A DNA stretch of 59,859 nt, the filler included, from Porpidia crustulata (Eukaryota), in the NCBI GenBank assembly GCA_964255105.1. It is 3 parts of 3 records of this genome, joined end to end, with 100 filler letters (N's around TTAATTAATTAA, not from the genome) between each part and the next. Parts side by side here need not be neighbours in the genome. Positions count along the whole stretch, not along the records: positions 20,063 to 39,943 come from CAXUWE010000130.1; 2 more parts are not named here. One strand, written 5' to 3'. The notes under the pieces were generated by a model that was not told the origin of the DNA, did not search any database, and saw only the letters and a program-made list of their open reading frames with translations. Position 1 is the stretch's first letter. Each line of letters starts with the position of its first letter. Shown here in pieces: positions 25,301 to 35,419 of the stretch. Made by a program: the position numbers and the translations under genes.

Positions 25301-26033
25301 CCCGCACGCCTTTCCCTCCCGTATGACAATAGGCATGTTTGTCGAGTCTCTTGCCGGAAAGTCGGGCGCTCTACACGGCCTTGCGCAGGATTCATCGCCC
25401 TGGCGCTTCGACGAAGAAAACACAGCAGGCAACTACTTTGGCGAGCAATTGCAAGCCGCGGGATATAATTTCCACGGCAACGAGCCTATGTACAGCGGTA
25501 TCACAGGCCGCGAATTCGCAGCAGACATTTACGTTGGCGTGGTCTTCTATCAACGACTACGACACATGGTGAACGACAAGTTCCAAGTTAGAACCACAGG
25601 ACCCGTAACGCCTCTAACGGGCCAGCCCATCAAGGGTCGTAGTAAGGGCGGAGGTATCCGCGTGGGAGAAATGGAACGTGATGCCCTGCTCGCGCACGGC
25701 TGCGCGTTTCTGTTGCAAGACCGTCTGATGAACTGCAGTGATTATACTCGTGCCTGGGTGTGTAAAAACTGCGGTAGCTTTCTCAGTACAACGCCGACAG
25801 TCAGTAGCGGTGTGAGGAAAGGAGGCAAGGGCACAGGTGTGGTAAAGTGCCGACAGTGCGCGAAAAGGGTGGATGGTAGCGTAGTTGGGGGGGAGGTGTG
25901 GGAGGATGGCAGCGGGCAGAGGTGGGTTGGAGGAGGAGACACGACGGTGGTGGCGGTGCCGGGGGTATTGCGGTATCTGGATGTGGAGTTGAGTGCTATG
26001 GGGGTGAAGTTGAGATTCAACATCAAGCCTTAA
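22365..26033 (+). CDS. RPA135: DNA-directed RNA polymerase I second-largest subunit (intronless, 1222 aa)
   Basis: GGYFIVNGIEK, RKLLPESWGFLCPVHTPDG, NQSPRNMYQCQM, IGDKFSSRHGQKG, GGIRVGEMERD and C-terminal CxxC...CxxC. Confidence 0.97.
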   Translation: MAPSTAPPSAPTNTCWTSEFDTVRRERLFKNPPKDHTAYPALVDALRPHLESFNALFDNNKIIEAGIRDIGTKVFLDGEQDSPLQRAQRTEAGQATGKRNRLSVRIREVFLEKAVLPPNNKFSTRNREIYPAECRERHATYRGRLRARVEYKVNDREWRESIREFGQIPIMLKTNRCHLEKCTPAQLVQYKEESEELGGYFIVNGIEKLIRMLIVNRRNYPMAIIRGSFVNRGSAYTKFGMQLRSVRPDQTSQTNVLHYLNDGNVTFRFSWRKNEYLVPVMMILKALVETNDREIFQGLAGTAGSKGVENTFLTDRVELLLRTYKAYNLHGKVVTRAYLGEKFKPVLGVPDDMSNYEAGTEFLRKVVLVHLGNIEVSDYQNSDKFKMLLFMTRKLYSLVAGDCAVDNPDAVSSQEILLPGFLYGMIIKERMDDWLRSIQGVCQEWSSRNGKARFTDPDFVKDFPSIILKRTSENLGGALEYFLSTGNLVSPTGLDLQQISGFTVVAEKINFYRFISHFRMVHRGSFFAQLKTTTVRKLLPESWGFLCPVHTPDGSPCGLLNHLAHKCQITTRDLDVSAIPQLLVQLGVSESSSAAVDESVVVQLDGRIIGFCTPKQALTIGDTLRFWKVEGTHNVPVELEIGYIPNSNGGQYPGVYIFSQAARMIRPVKYLALEKRDYIGPFEQPFMSVACAEPEIESGENTHVEYDPTNILSIVANQTPFSDFNQSPRNMYQCQMGKQSMGTPGTAHCYRTDNKTYRLQTGQTPIVRPPLYNEYGLDNFPNGMNAVVAVISYTGYDMDDAMILNKSAHERGFGYGTIYKTKVLRLDEEGGKARSAKLVTKLFGFAPDGFVSVNIRSKLDADGLPFIGQKIMEGDVLACSHTVTWDPSTNIYINRDGINTLHKYKDPETCYVEEVRILGSESGAEPCQALSIKLRIPRSPVIGDKFSSRHGQKGVCSQKWPAVDMPFSESGIVPDVIINPHAFPSRMTIGMFVESLAGKSGALHGLAQDSSPWRFDEENTAGNYFGEQLQAAGYNFHGNEPMYSGITGREFAADIYVGVVFYQRLRHMVNDKFQVRTTGPVTPLTGQPIKGRSKGGGIRVGEMERDALLAHGCAFLLQDRLMNCSDYTRAWVCKNCGSFLSTTPTVSSGVRKGGKGTGVVKCRQCAKRVDGSVVGGEVWEDGSGQRWVGGGDTTVVAVPGVLRYLDVELSAMGVKLRFNIKP

Positions 26034-27453
26034 CGGAAGCCAGTGGTCGCAAGAGTGTACGAAGCCGTGCTAATCAAGAGATGGTGAGACGCTGAGTCGA
26101 CGCATTCCATTGCAGTAGGCCACAATTGTGTTGATTTACAAGATATACGGCACCGACGCGTACAACATCACCAAGACCCTCACCTAATCCCAACTTCACT
26201 TGTCAGCGCAAACTATACAGTTGAACGACTTGCCTACGTGCTCCTCTCCATTAGGAGTTACTTAAAAACTCGATATCCATCGACTACCTACCGGCCCTCA
26301 GCAGAACATCAGCTCAAGTCTATCCGCATCGCCAGCTTTGAAGGGCGCCTCAAAATGAATAAGTTGGAGTCCTCTGAGATCCCCGAGGCAGACAGCCGGT
26401 TTTAACCGGATAAGCTGGTCTAGTACTTGATGAAAGTGTTCGTGATGGACCCGATTTTAGGAGTCCATGGACGTTTGGAGCATTTAAAAGGCTCCGGTGG
26501 GCCTACAAGGTAGCCGCTATGCCAAAGTTTCGACTCGCAACATGGCGTTATAAGCCGTGTAGGCTTATGCTTGACGCAGATAGTCTTGGCGAAATGCTCG
26601 AATAAATGCTTTCCACAGCTAGGAATTGAGCAGAGGAAGAGTCTGAATGAAGCATCGTTATGTCTCAGGATGGATCCCGTATAGCTCCAATTCTCTTAGT
26701 CAAGGCTCTTCTTTCTGGCGTCATCGTCCGTAGATCTGGCTTCCTTTGGTCCGTCTCCTGCCAAGAGAAAACGCCAGGCCCCTTCAATATACGCATATCC
26801 GACGTCGACGATGCTGAGGTCGTCAATCGAGAAGCTTGCAGTCAGTTGCAAAAAAATCCGTAAACATGTACCCACCAAAACAATAAGGTATCATGTTGGA
26901 AAAATGGTTCATCTGGCCGATATGTTTGACAACTGCCATCCAGATGGTTTTTCCTGATGTGGTACAGAGGTTTGGAAGAGCCGAAAAGAATGTAGCTCTC
27001 AAAGGGATAAATGCATATCAACTAAGGTTATACTTAATCAAGAGGTCGACACCAAGTCCTTCAATATTCTCTCTAAACAGGTCCTCCTTACACTAACAGA
27101 CTAATCCCGCACCCTCCCTACTCCCATTTCCCATAGTTACCACTTCCCTCAAGGACTCGCCCATACAGCCTCCCCTCATCGACTAAAGCTATGACATCGC
27201 CATCAGAACTAGACACAAGATTGACCTTGCATAGCGAACGGTTTCTGTCTTCAAGTAAAAATTCCATGGCGCACGCGAGAAAAGCCAGAGAGGAAACCGA
27301 AAGTGGAAATGGCCGGAGATTATGATACAGCACCTTTTGTCTCGTGCACGATCTACGTGCTCATTACCGCCATAAAGGACGAACTAAAACACTTCCTAGA
27401 AGTAAGGATCTTGACGAAAAACCAGCAAACTCCAGCCAACACCGTCTCCTATG

Positions 27454-28287
27454 TCATCCACAGACTCCTTCTCTATTACCGTAGCGAGAGACGAAGCAAA
27501 ACCATAACAAGAAAGAAAATCCGAACTCCAACCACCAAGATCTCGATTCAAACCAAACAAAAGAAAAGCACACAAAAGTCCCACCGCACCAACTCCCTCG
27601 CCTTTCCCACCATCTATCCATACCAACCTCCCCCTCTCGACGCAACGACAAGGATAATATTTCACACTGAGAACCCTTGTCCCTCGTCCCCCTGCCGGAA
27701 CCTCCATTATGCCCATTGCCATGACTCCGCTCGACTTCTTCCTCAATCCCCTTGGATTTGCGATTAGATTCTACTTCTCCCTGCGCAAGCCCCTCAGCTT
27801 CCCGCAAATCCGCCTCTTGTAAATTCCGCTCGTGTTCCTGTCGATCATCTTCCTTTTGTCGTTCCTCTCGCTCTTCTTTCTCCCGCTCCTTTCTCGCCTT
27901 CCCCTCTCTCAACCGCTTCAGATGCGCTTCATGATTTTGAAGTTCACGCTCAGCTGCCTTTTCCTCATTTTCGCGCTTCACTCTTTCTTGCCCTTCGCAG
28001 AGGCGCTTGAGGTGCGCTTCGTAGAATTGGCGCTCGCGCTCATTTTTTCGTCGTTGTTCCTCTTTCTCTTTTCTTGCGAGTCCTTCTCTCAGACGGTTCT
28101 CGTGAGCTAGACGTTCGAGTTGGGCTCTTGCTTGTGCTTCGCTTTCTCGCTGCTGTCTTTCTGGATCTTGTCTGATGTTCCGCATGTTGTTGTATTGCTG
28201 GGGGGGGTTGCTTTTGGTGCTTTTGGGAGGAGGCGCGACCCACTTTATACTGTGAATAAAGGCGCTATCAGCGAGATTCCAGTGCAT
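27454..28287 (-). CDS. Hypothetical highly charged (E/R/K) helical repeat protein
   Basis: 277-codon ORF with three copies of an HE(A/N)xLxRLxEG-like unit. No family recognised; true start and end uncertain. Confidence 0.4.
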   Translation of the reverse strand: MHWNLADSAFIHSIKWVAPPPKSTKSNPPQQYNNMRNIRQDPERQQRESEAQARAQLERLAHENRLREGLARKEKEEQRRKNERERQFYEAHLKRLCEGQERVKRENEEKAAERELQNHEAHLKRLREGKARKEREKEEREERQKEDDRQEHERNLQEADLREAEGLAQGEVESNRKSKGIEEEVERSHGNGHNGGSGRGTRDKGSQCEILSLSLRREGEVGMDRWWERRGSWCGGTFVCFSFVWFESRSWWLEFGFSFLLWFCFVSRYGNREGVCG

Positions 28288-30429
28288 TATGATAGCAAAC
28301 TTCCAGATTCGAGTATCACGAAAGACCAGAAATACGAATCTCAGTGAAGGTACAACGAAGGTCCAGTAATTTCTCCTCTAGGACATGACGAGTACAGCAA
28401 AGATTCTTTCACAATCTCACCTCAACGTTCACCTAAGACATTCATTTGAAAGGGAAAATGCTTGCATTTGACATTGCTGTTGCTCTTTCAGGGAAGTTGC
28501 AGTCCTGCATCCTAGCTACCTCTCGACGCGATCGCCCTCATTCAAGATCTTCGACTTGAAAAATGAACACGCATTCATACACACGGTGTACAGCATAATA
28601 GGAAAGAACGCCGCGGAACATTCAAGAAGCTTCATCGAAATGTCGTCTCGAAGAAGACGATCCATTATCAAGCAAAAAAGCGAGAAAATGTGAAGAGCGT
28701 CTTCACCATCATCATTTGTTCTCTTGCACTCATCCCCCTGAAAACATTCATAGAGATTTGAACAGGAATTAATCGTACGACATGAGATCTCTCTTGAATA
28801 AAACGCTTCATGCATCCAAGAAATTTGACATAAGCATTAACCAGGCAGCTTTCCACCGCGAACAAAAGAGTCTGGATCGAAAATTCACGCCGGATACGCC
28901 GCACCAACATCAACGGCCAACATTCAAATCGCAAACACAAACAAACTCCCTAGATCCAGTTTCTCAAAGCCAACGAACCCAATGGCTGCATTCGCCAGTA
29001 TCAAACACCCACCTCAACCTTTTGCCCTCGTGCACCACCAAATCATGCGTTGCGGCCACAGACGCATCGAAATTGGCGTGTAAAAGCTACAAAGTCCCCT
29101 GGTCAGGGACGTGAGAGAGAGGGAGGGTTTCCCAAAAGACAAAGAAACCGGTGAGACCTCAACTTTCTCATGTAATTTTGTGTCGGACACTCGCATGAAC
29201 CTATCAACGGAGACCAGCCAACTGGGAAACAGATAGCTAATAGAATTCATTCTGACGGCGCTATTCTACGCCAAGGTATTGCGTCAAGGCGGTGGAGACG
29301 TACTGATATGCCCCTCACCCCAGTCCCACTGCCATTTAGAAAAGAAAGACACAGGGCAAGAAGCCCTTGAAGACTAGGAAACCGAAAGCTGTCAGTCGCT
29401 AGCTCAGTTTTAAGCTCGATCCTCATTCTCGAGATCCAAGTAAACATCGCCTTATCATATTTAAATTGTTGTTCTTCTCAATTTAGCTCTGTCCAGACAT
29501 CACTCAGATATAGTCAGACCTCACCCCCGTGACAAAGTCTTCACCAGACCACCCAATATCGAACACCCCACCATATATCCCAGAACCTCCACCGACCTCA
29601 ACAATCCTAACAATAATACCTCCCGAACCCTTTACCAACAGAACTACCTTTCGTCGAGAATAACGGAGCATATCTTCATATCTTTGCATCTTCACATCTA
29701 ACCCATCTAACCTCTCCCCTTTCTTCTCGCAACACTTTTTAATTTCTCTTCGAAGAACAAGTATCTATGTCGATTAAGTGATGGTGGTTACTATATTTAG
29801 TGAAAAGAGCGGTTCTTGGATGTTGCGCGCTGTTGACTTGGAATTTGAATGATTTCTTCAGAGGAGAGGCTTCGTGCTTGGTGTTGGTTTTGTGATCTGT
29901 GCTGCGCGGGTGGCTTTGGAAGGTGGAGGCTTGATCATGTAAAACGCAGTGATACTGTAAGTTCATCCCATAGTCTTTTTTTGCTGAATGAAATAATGAA
30001 GACGCATTCGGATTTAATTGGTGAATGTTTTCGTTGAATTTCTGAACTCCCTTCGTCTCTTCGGGTTTCAACTGAAACGAGTAAAGAATCGAAAATATGA
30101 TTCTTTTAATTTTAGAACTCCATGGATGAAAAGCTTCGTGACTGAATATAAGCAGAGGATGATAAACTTGTGCTGGTCACGAATCACTATATTGAGAATT
30201 GTAAAGAAAAATGTTTTTGGTTTCGACGTTTTGTTTGGAAAAAGCTTCAAAACCTCTGATCTGTGGACTAAAAATTATCCCCACTCCGCTCACCAGAAAA
30301 TGCTACTCGCACCAGTGAGGCATTCAAGCGACTTTGGTATTGCTAAGTACCTTAGGGACCCAAAATCCATTGATTAACTACCTAGAAGGTGAAATCTAAA
30401 GGCCTGTAAATAAGTAATGGTTTGGCCTG

Positions 30430-33150
30430 GCTTCCTTAGGTCATTTCGTCATCATCATCGTCACGCGTTCCTTCCCTCTCAATGTAATTCTTGTTTGATG
30501 ATCCCCCTTTTTTTTTTTACGAACTCTATATGATATAAAGGTCCTTGGATCATGACGTGTTCTCAGCGTATCCAGCGTCGTAGAAACCACTGAGCGGGCG
30601 TTATCCTTTCATTGCCGATAAAGATCAAGATCGGCGTTCAAGTTCTTGGTGATCTCTCAATCGCCCGTCGGTTTCGTTCTTGGATCCCCGTGGTATTTGA
30701 AGAGTTTGAGGACGCGGGAACAGGTAAATGATTAACAATGTAATCCTCGATTGCTCTCAGCCGTATAGTCCTTATTATGAGCTAAAGCTTGACTACGCTG
30801 CGTATATATAAAGGTTATCCATAGTGGTGTAGGACGATGCGTCCAAAAGCTCAATTGGCGATCCCGGATGGTAACTCATCCGATCGAAACTAATAGAGTG
30901 TAGGGATTCTTCCTCTGCGAAAGGGGGTTGAGAGTTAGACAGTATTTTGCCCGCTGATCATGATGACTTTGGGGCATCAGTTTCTTGTGCCTTAAAGATG
31001 TGACTAATTTAAAATGTGAAGGTGAAATAAATGAATATATATATATATATATATATTCTTAGCTTTATGAATAGAATTCTTCATCCGTCGACCCATTTAA
31101 AAAACCATTGCAATACTTTGAATGGGTGATGTTCCTTGTTTTGAGAGTAAAGAAAGCGAGAGATTTATGATTCTTTCGTATACCTCAAAATTGAGGACTA
31201 CCCACAAGAAAGGAATTCGGAATTGAGTTTTTAGCCCTGGGTATATGGTTTCAGTAGCTCTAGCCGTAGGCAAGTATCGTTGGGGATAGTTGTAATGGTT
31301 TCTACCAAGGCAACCAGCCTCGACCTCTTCCAAAATCAATTAGGAATGTGGACCATAGGCGGTTCAGACCAAAAAGCTCGCAAATCAAATTCCCCTGCCA
31401 GAAAGATAACCTCGAAGCAAGTGCATCTAGAATAGAGTTGTTGTGGGTAATGTTTCGAGTATAAGTATAAGCCTTATCACTGCGGTCACTCTCACTGTTC
31501 TCCATATTGTGCCGTGATTTTGTCGCTCCGCTGGTGTGCGATGATGAAAGGCTGTGACTCTGATGCCGATGAGATGGCTACGTGTTATCGACCCTTACAT
31601 GATCAGAAACTCTCATAATTCGTCAATGAGTTCAAAAATGTCGTTGGTATCCCGAACGCCATTGAGATGGAGCTATCGAAGGAAGATTCTGAAGATCTGC
31701 TGTTTTCGCTCTTCGGTCAAGTCATCGTATCGAATTGCGGGATGAATAGGCGACTGGACTGCATTGTCTATAGATGTAATGCGGTTGCTTGCCTGTTCAT
31801 CCAATTCAAATGCGAAAGGAGAGAACGAAAAAGTGACTTCGGTCATATTAATTCTTTCTGGACCTGGCCCGGTATAAACCAGGACAGAGACAAGCTGACA
31901 CCCTCTTTTTGAACGTTGATCCCCTTATTATTGAAACTTGAGTACATCTTACAAAACTGAATCGAAAACAATTGCGTATTCTCTTTCCTCGACCGCAACA
32001 TTGATGGTTTAGCTATCAAGTATTTCTGAGCATGCGATTTTCTGCAGCTCTATACAATGATCCAGGATAGAAATGTGTTGAGAACTATGTCTCCTAGAGT
32101 TGTCTCATGTTGTTCATCCGATACTTGTACACTTATAAATCTAGAGTTCAGCCTCTTTGTCTCGTCCATGTCAGAGTCCGTTGGTGCAAACACAGTGTCG
32201 TACTGACTTGTTGATGGACTTTCGATGCCTTTGTTGTGATCTTCATTCATCATACTTGAAGCTCGATGAATGCTTTCTTGATGAAATGATCAGATAGATA
32301 CGATTGATACGAATTGGAGTCCTCTTCACATTGTTCTCCGGTGTGATAGCTTGTCAATGGATTTTTATTTGACGGAGCTCATCCATCTCTCATAGGGTCT
32401 GAGGCTGATGACATTGCTTATATCATGTTCCTGAGGTAATCCTGCTCGTTTTTCATGAGTGGTGCCTCTCGATATGTAAGTGATCGATGACCCAGGTTGC
32501 CACATCGATAGCACAGATATGTTCCTGGCACATGCTGATATTGGATGGCTCCGTTGATGTACGGATTCTTTGACATCGCTGGATTTATTTTGAATGATTG
32601 TCCGGCGGTTGTGCTCGACATAGAAAGAAGGACCTCTGACGCAGACGTTTTGAAGTGCCGAAACCGGATGGATTCAACAAGGGATGACACCTCCAAGCAT
32701 TGCGCTATTGAGTGTAATGGCTGCGGGTCGAATGACAGCCTCGATTGAAGCAGATCATGTTCCTGAGAGCTTTACGATTTGTCAATTCACATAAGGGATG
32801 ACTGTGCCGCGCTTTCATAATGTTCTAAAGCCTTGCATTCCTAGTCTTTTCGAAATCTCAATTATACCGACTGGTAAAGTCATAGAGCCGTATATATATA
32901 CATGTATATATACATAAATCTCCGAGCAAGCCAAACAGAACAGTCCCTCACTACGATAGATCTCTAACTTTTGTGATAACGATAAGGCATCGTACTTTTT
33001 CTTCCACTTCGCAAACGTATTGTCGATATGTTCGGCCTCGGTGAGAAAGAAGGATTCAGGAGTCTTTTTGGAATGTCGGCCAGTGTCGTAGTTAGAGAAA
33101 AGACGATTTGTTAGGTTCCATTAAAACTCTTGATTACGAACATCTTTGAA
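30430..33150 (-). mobile_element. Degenerate LTR retrotransposon relic (probably Ty3/Gypsy-like)
   Basis: Minus-strand order: broken zinc knuckle CYRCGNLGHRSLTY (~32470-32515), protease-like VLV(Y)TG (31868-31885), RNase H-like fragments (~31090-31230), then AIEDYIVNHLP...RRAI (~30650-30770). Many stops; no LTRs identified; ends approximate. Confidence 0.55.
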
Positions 33151-33834
33151 TTTGCGTCATCGCTTTGTAAGTCTCACCAAGAGAGGTCTGACAACCAGGG
33201 TGTGAGATCTTAGCACTCGCAGAAGTCCAGAGGCATGTAACATGATAAAGGATAGAATGAATTGAAGCGAAGACAAGTTCATCTTACCTGCAGACACAAA
33301 AGATGAGAAGTAATACTACCTCGCGACCGTATCTCGACACTAGCACATAGTAGGTATGCTGTAATGTGATAGTATGTAATGATTTCATTAATGAGATATA
33401 TCTCTGTGCCAACATTAGCGAAATTGATCGAAGAATGTCTTCCCTTCTACTTAAGCGGTTAGTTGAGGTAGGTAAGCTTTAGAGTTGGTGGAAACAGCTC
33501 CCTCCAAAAACTTGTGGTAGTACGAGCTGGGTGTGGGAAGAATAATCCGTTGCTTGTAGTACATGCAAAAGACCGCCTGAAGTTCTCGGACCAATTCAAA
33601 GACTCATAGGTTGAGGAAATTCATGTAGTATCTTGGTGAACGTCAGAAAGTGATTTAGAATTAGTGAAGCAAAACCATCAATGAAGGTTGGTTGTACTAA
33701 GAAGACCTCGCTTCCGTAATCTAAAAGTCATGCTCCAGGAGAGAAAAATCCCATCCTTCGATTAGAACTCCCTATCACCTGTAAACAAAGCAAAGGTAGT
33801 CCAACAAAAACACGATGAGACCTTGAGGACGCAA

Positions 33835-35026
33835 TCACTGCTGGTAATTTGACGTTGGCTCGGCATGCGCTTGGGTCGAGCTACCACTGATATCACGTGT
33901 TCCGGAAGGGATAATTTGATTGGCAGTAGACATTCCCTCACCATGTTCAGTAATTCTACTAGGTGCCGGACTGTCGGCGGCTTCAGATATCATGCCAACT
34001 TCGTGACCCGCTACACTGGTACCGGGCGTTTCCAAAGAATTAGGCATCAGATTTGCGCCCATATGTGTCGCTGAACTGTGAACAGGCTCCAGGTTTGGCG
34101 TCCATTCGCGGAGGTCCGCTTCTGCATCGTTGAGCACCTGGCGTGCCTGTTGGGCATGCTCGAACGGTGGGCGCGAGTCGCCAGGAACCACGGGGGTGTC
34201 GTCGAGGAGATTGAGCATTCTACGGCCATGGCGAGCTAATAAGATTTGCTTCTCAGCACGCTCGATAGTTGCAGCGAAGTGTAGATCATATGCTTCTTTG
34301 AGCTTTTGGCGAGTCTGATGGCATTGGTCAGTGCATGCCCGTTTAACGTACTGACTGCGGAACCTACAATATTCGTAAGCTGCGCTTCGGCGACAAGATT
34401 CTGGGCTTCTGCCCTGACTAGCTCTTGCTCAAGTGTCACGATTTTGGTGCTTTGAGGCTCCTTGTACTTGAGCTTGGAGATTTCGTCGGAAATCTTAGCC
34501 TTGTGATCCCTGCTCGGTTGCACCGAACTCTCGGTATTTCTGATTTGCTTCAATATTCCACGATAGTCTTCCAAGTTCTGAGCAAAGACGTCCTCTTGCT
34601 CTCCTAGTTCAGACAACAAGACTCCAAGTTTGTCGGATATGTCGGAAACGGAGTCATCGCCGGTAGCCTCGCCCCAGTCTGAAAGTTGAGAGGCCACCGA
34701 CAAGCGCTCACGACTCGCAGATTCATAGGCACCAATAGCATGATTCTCTGTTTTGATGATCTTGAATAGCTTTTTGCTCATTTCCGGCTGTTGGATCCCA
34801 CGCAAGGTAGCCATGTTGAAGCGGTGTTTGGGGGCGCTCGAACTGCTTGTGGTAGTCGACGCATTGTCCTTCTTGGATCGTATAGAAAGTGAACGATTCC
34901 TTGCACATTCGGATCCAGCGTTAGATCATTCTGCGTTGAAAGCCATATACTCTAGGCTAAGCATATTTGATTGAAGAGAAGAGGGGCACAATGTAGTGGC
35001 TGAGATGGGCATGGGGTTACTTACAT
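33835..35026 (-). CDS. pilB: Eisosome BAR protein, Pil1/Lsp1 family (PilB-like)
   Basis: MNRSLSIRS..., QLSDWGE, DISDKLGVL, IRNTESSVQPSRD, LEQELVRAEAQNLVAEAQLTN|TRQKLKEAY, LLDDTPVVPG. Introns 34900-35024 and ~34315-34367. Confidence 0.88.
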
Positions 35027-35419
35027 GGTTGGCGCTCCTTTCAAAAGTAGTATATCTCTAGTTAAATTTTCAAAGCTAGCAGATGCTCAGAATTGTATCG
35101 TAGGTTTGCGAGGCAAGTTGCCGTCAATGTGATTATGATGTTTATCGCAACGGAGAGCTATGAGAGCTGCATGTGCCATGGCATCCCTACCGTCCGCCGG
35201 GAACAAGCCCTAGTCTCAAAGTGGCATTAGAGAAGCAGGGATCGTGGGCCTAATCCGTACCAGGTTTTCACCCTCGGGGATGACGTACGAGTTTCTTGGT
35301 TGGCATTGGGGATGCGCTGGAGCAAGTCTTTTTGAATGTATGTAGTTCATTACGTTCATTCTGGTGAACCACCACCTCCAGACTTTATCATTCCCACATC
35401 ACAGATTGCAACATCACCA

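Noticed and set aside
31036..31056. (TA)n run, plus the TA-rich palindrome near 32891-32912
   Set aside because: Ordinary microsatellites within the decayed element.
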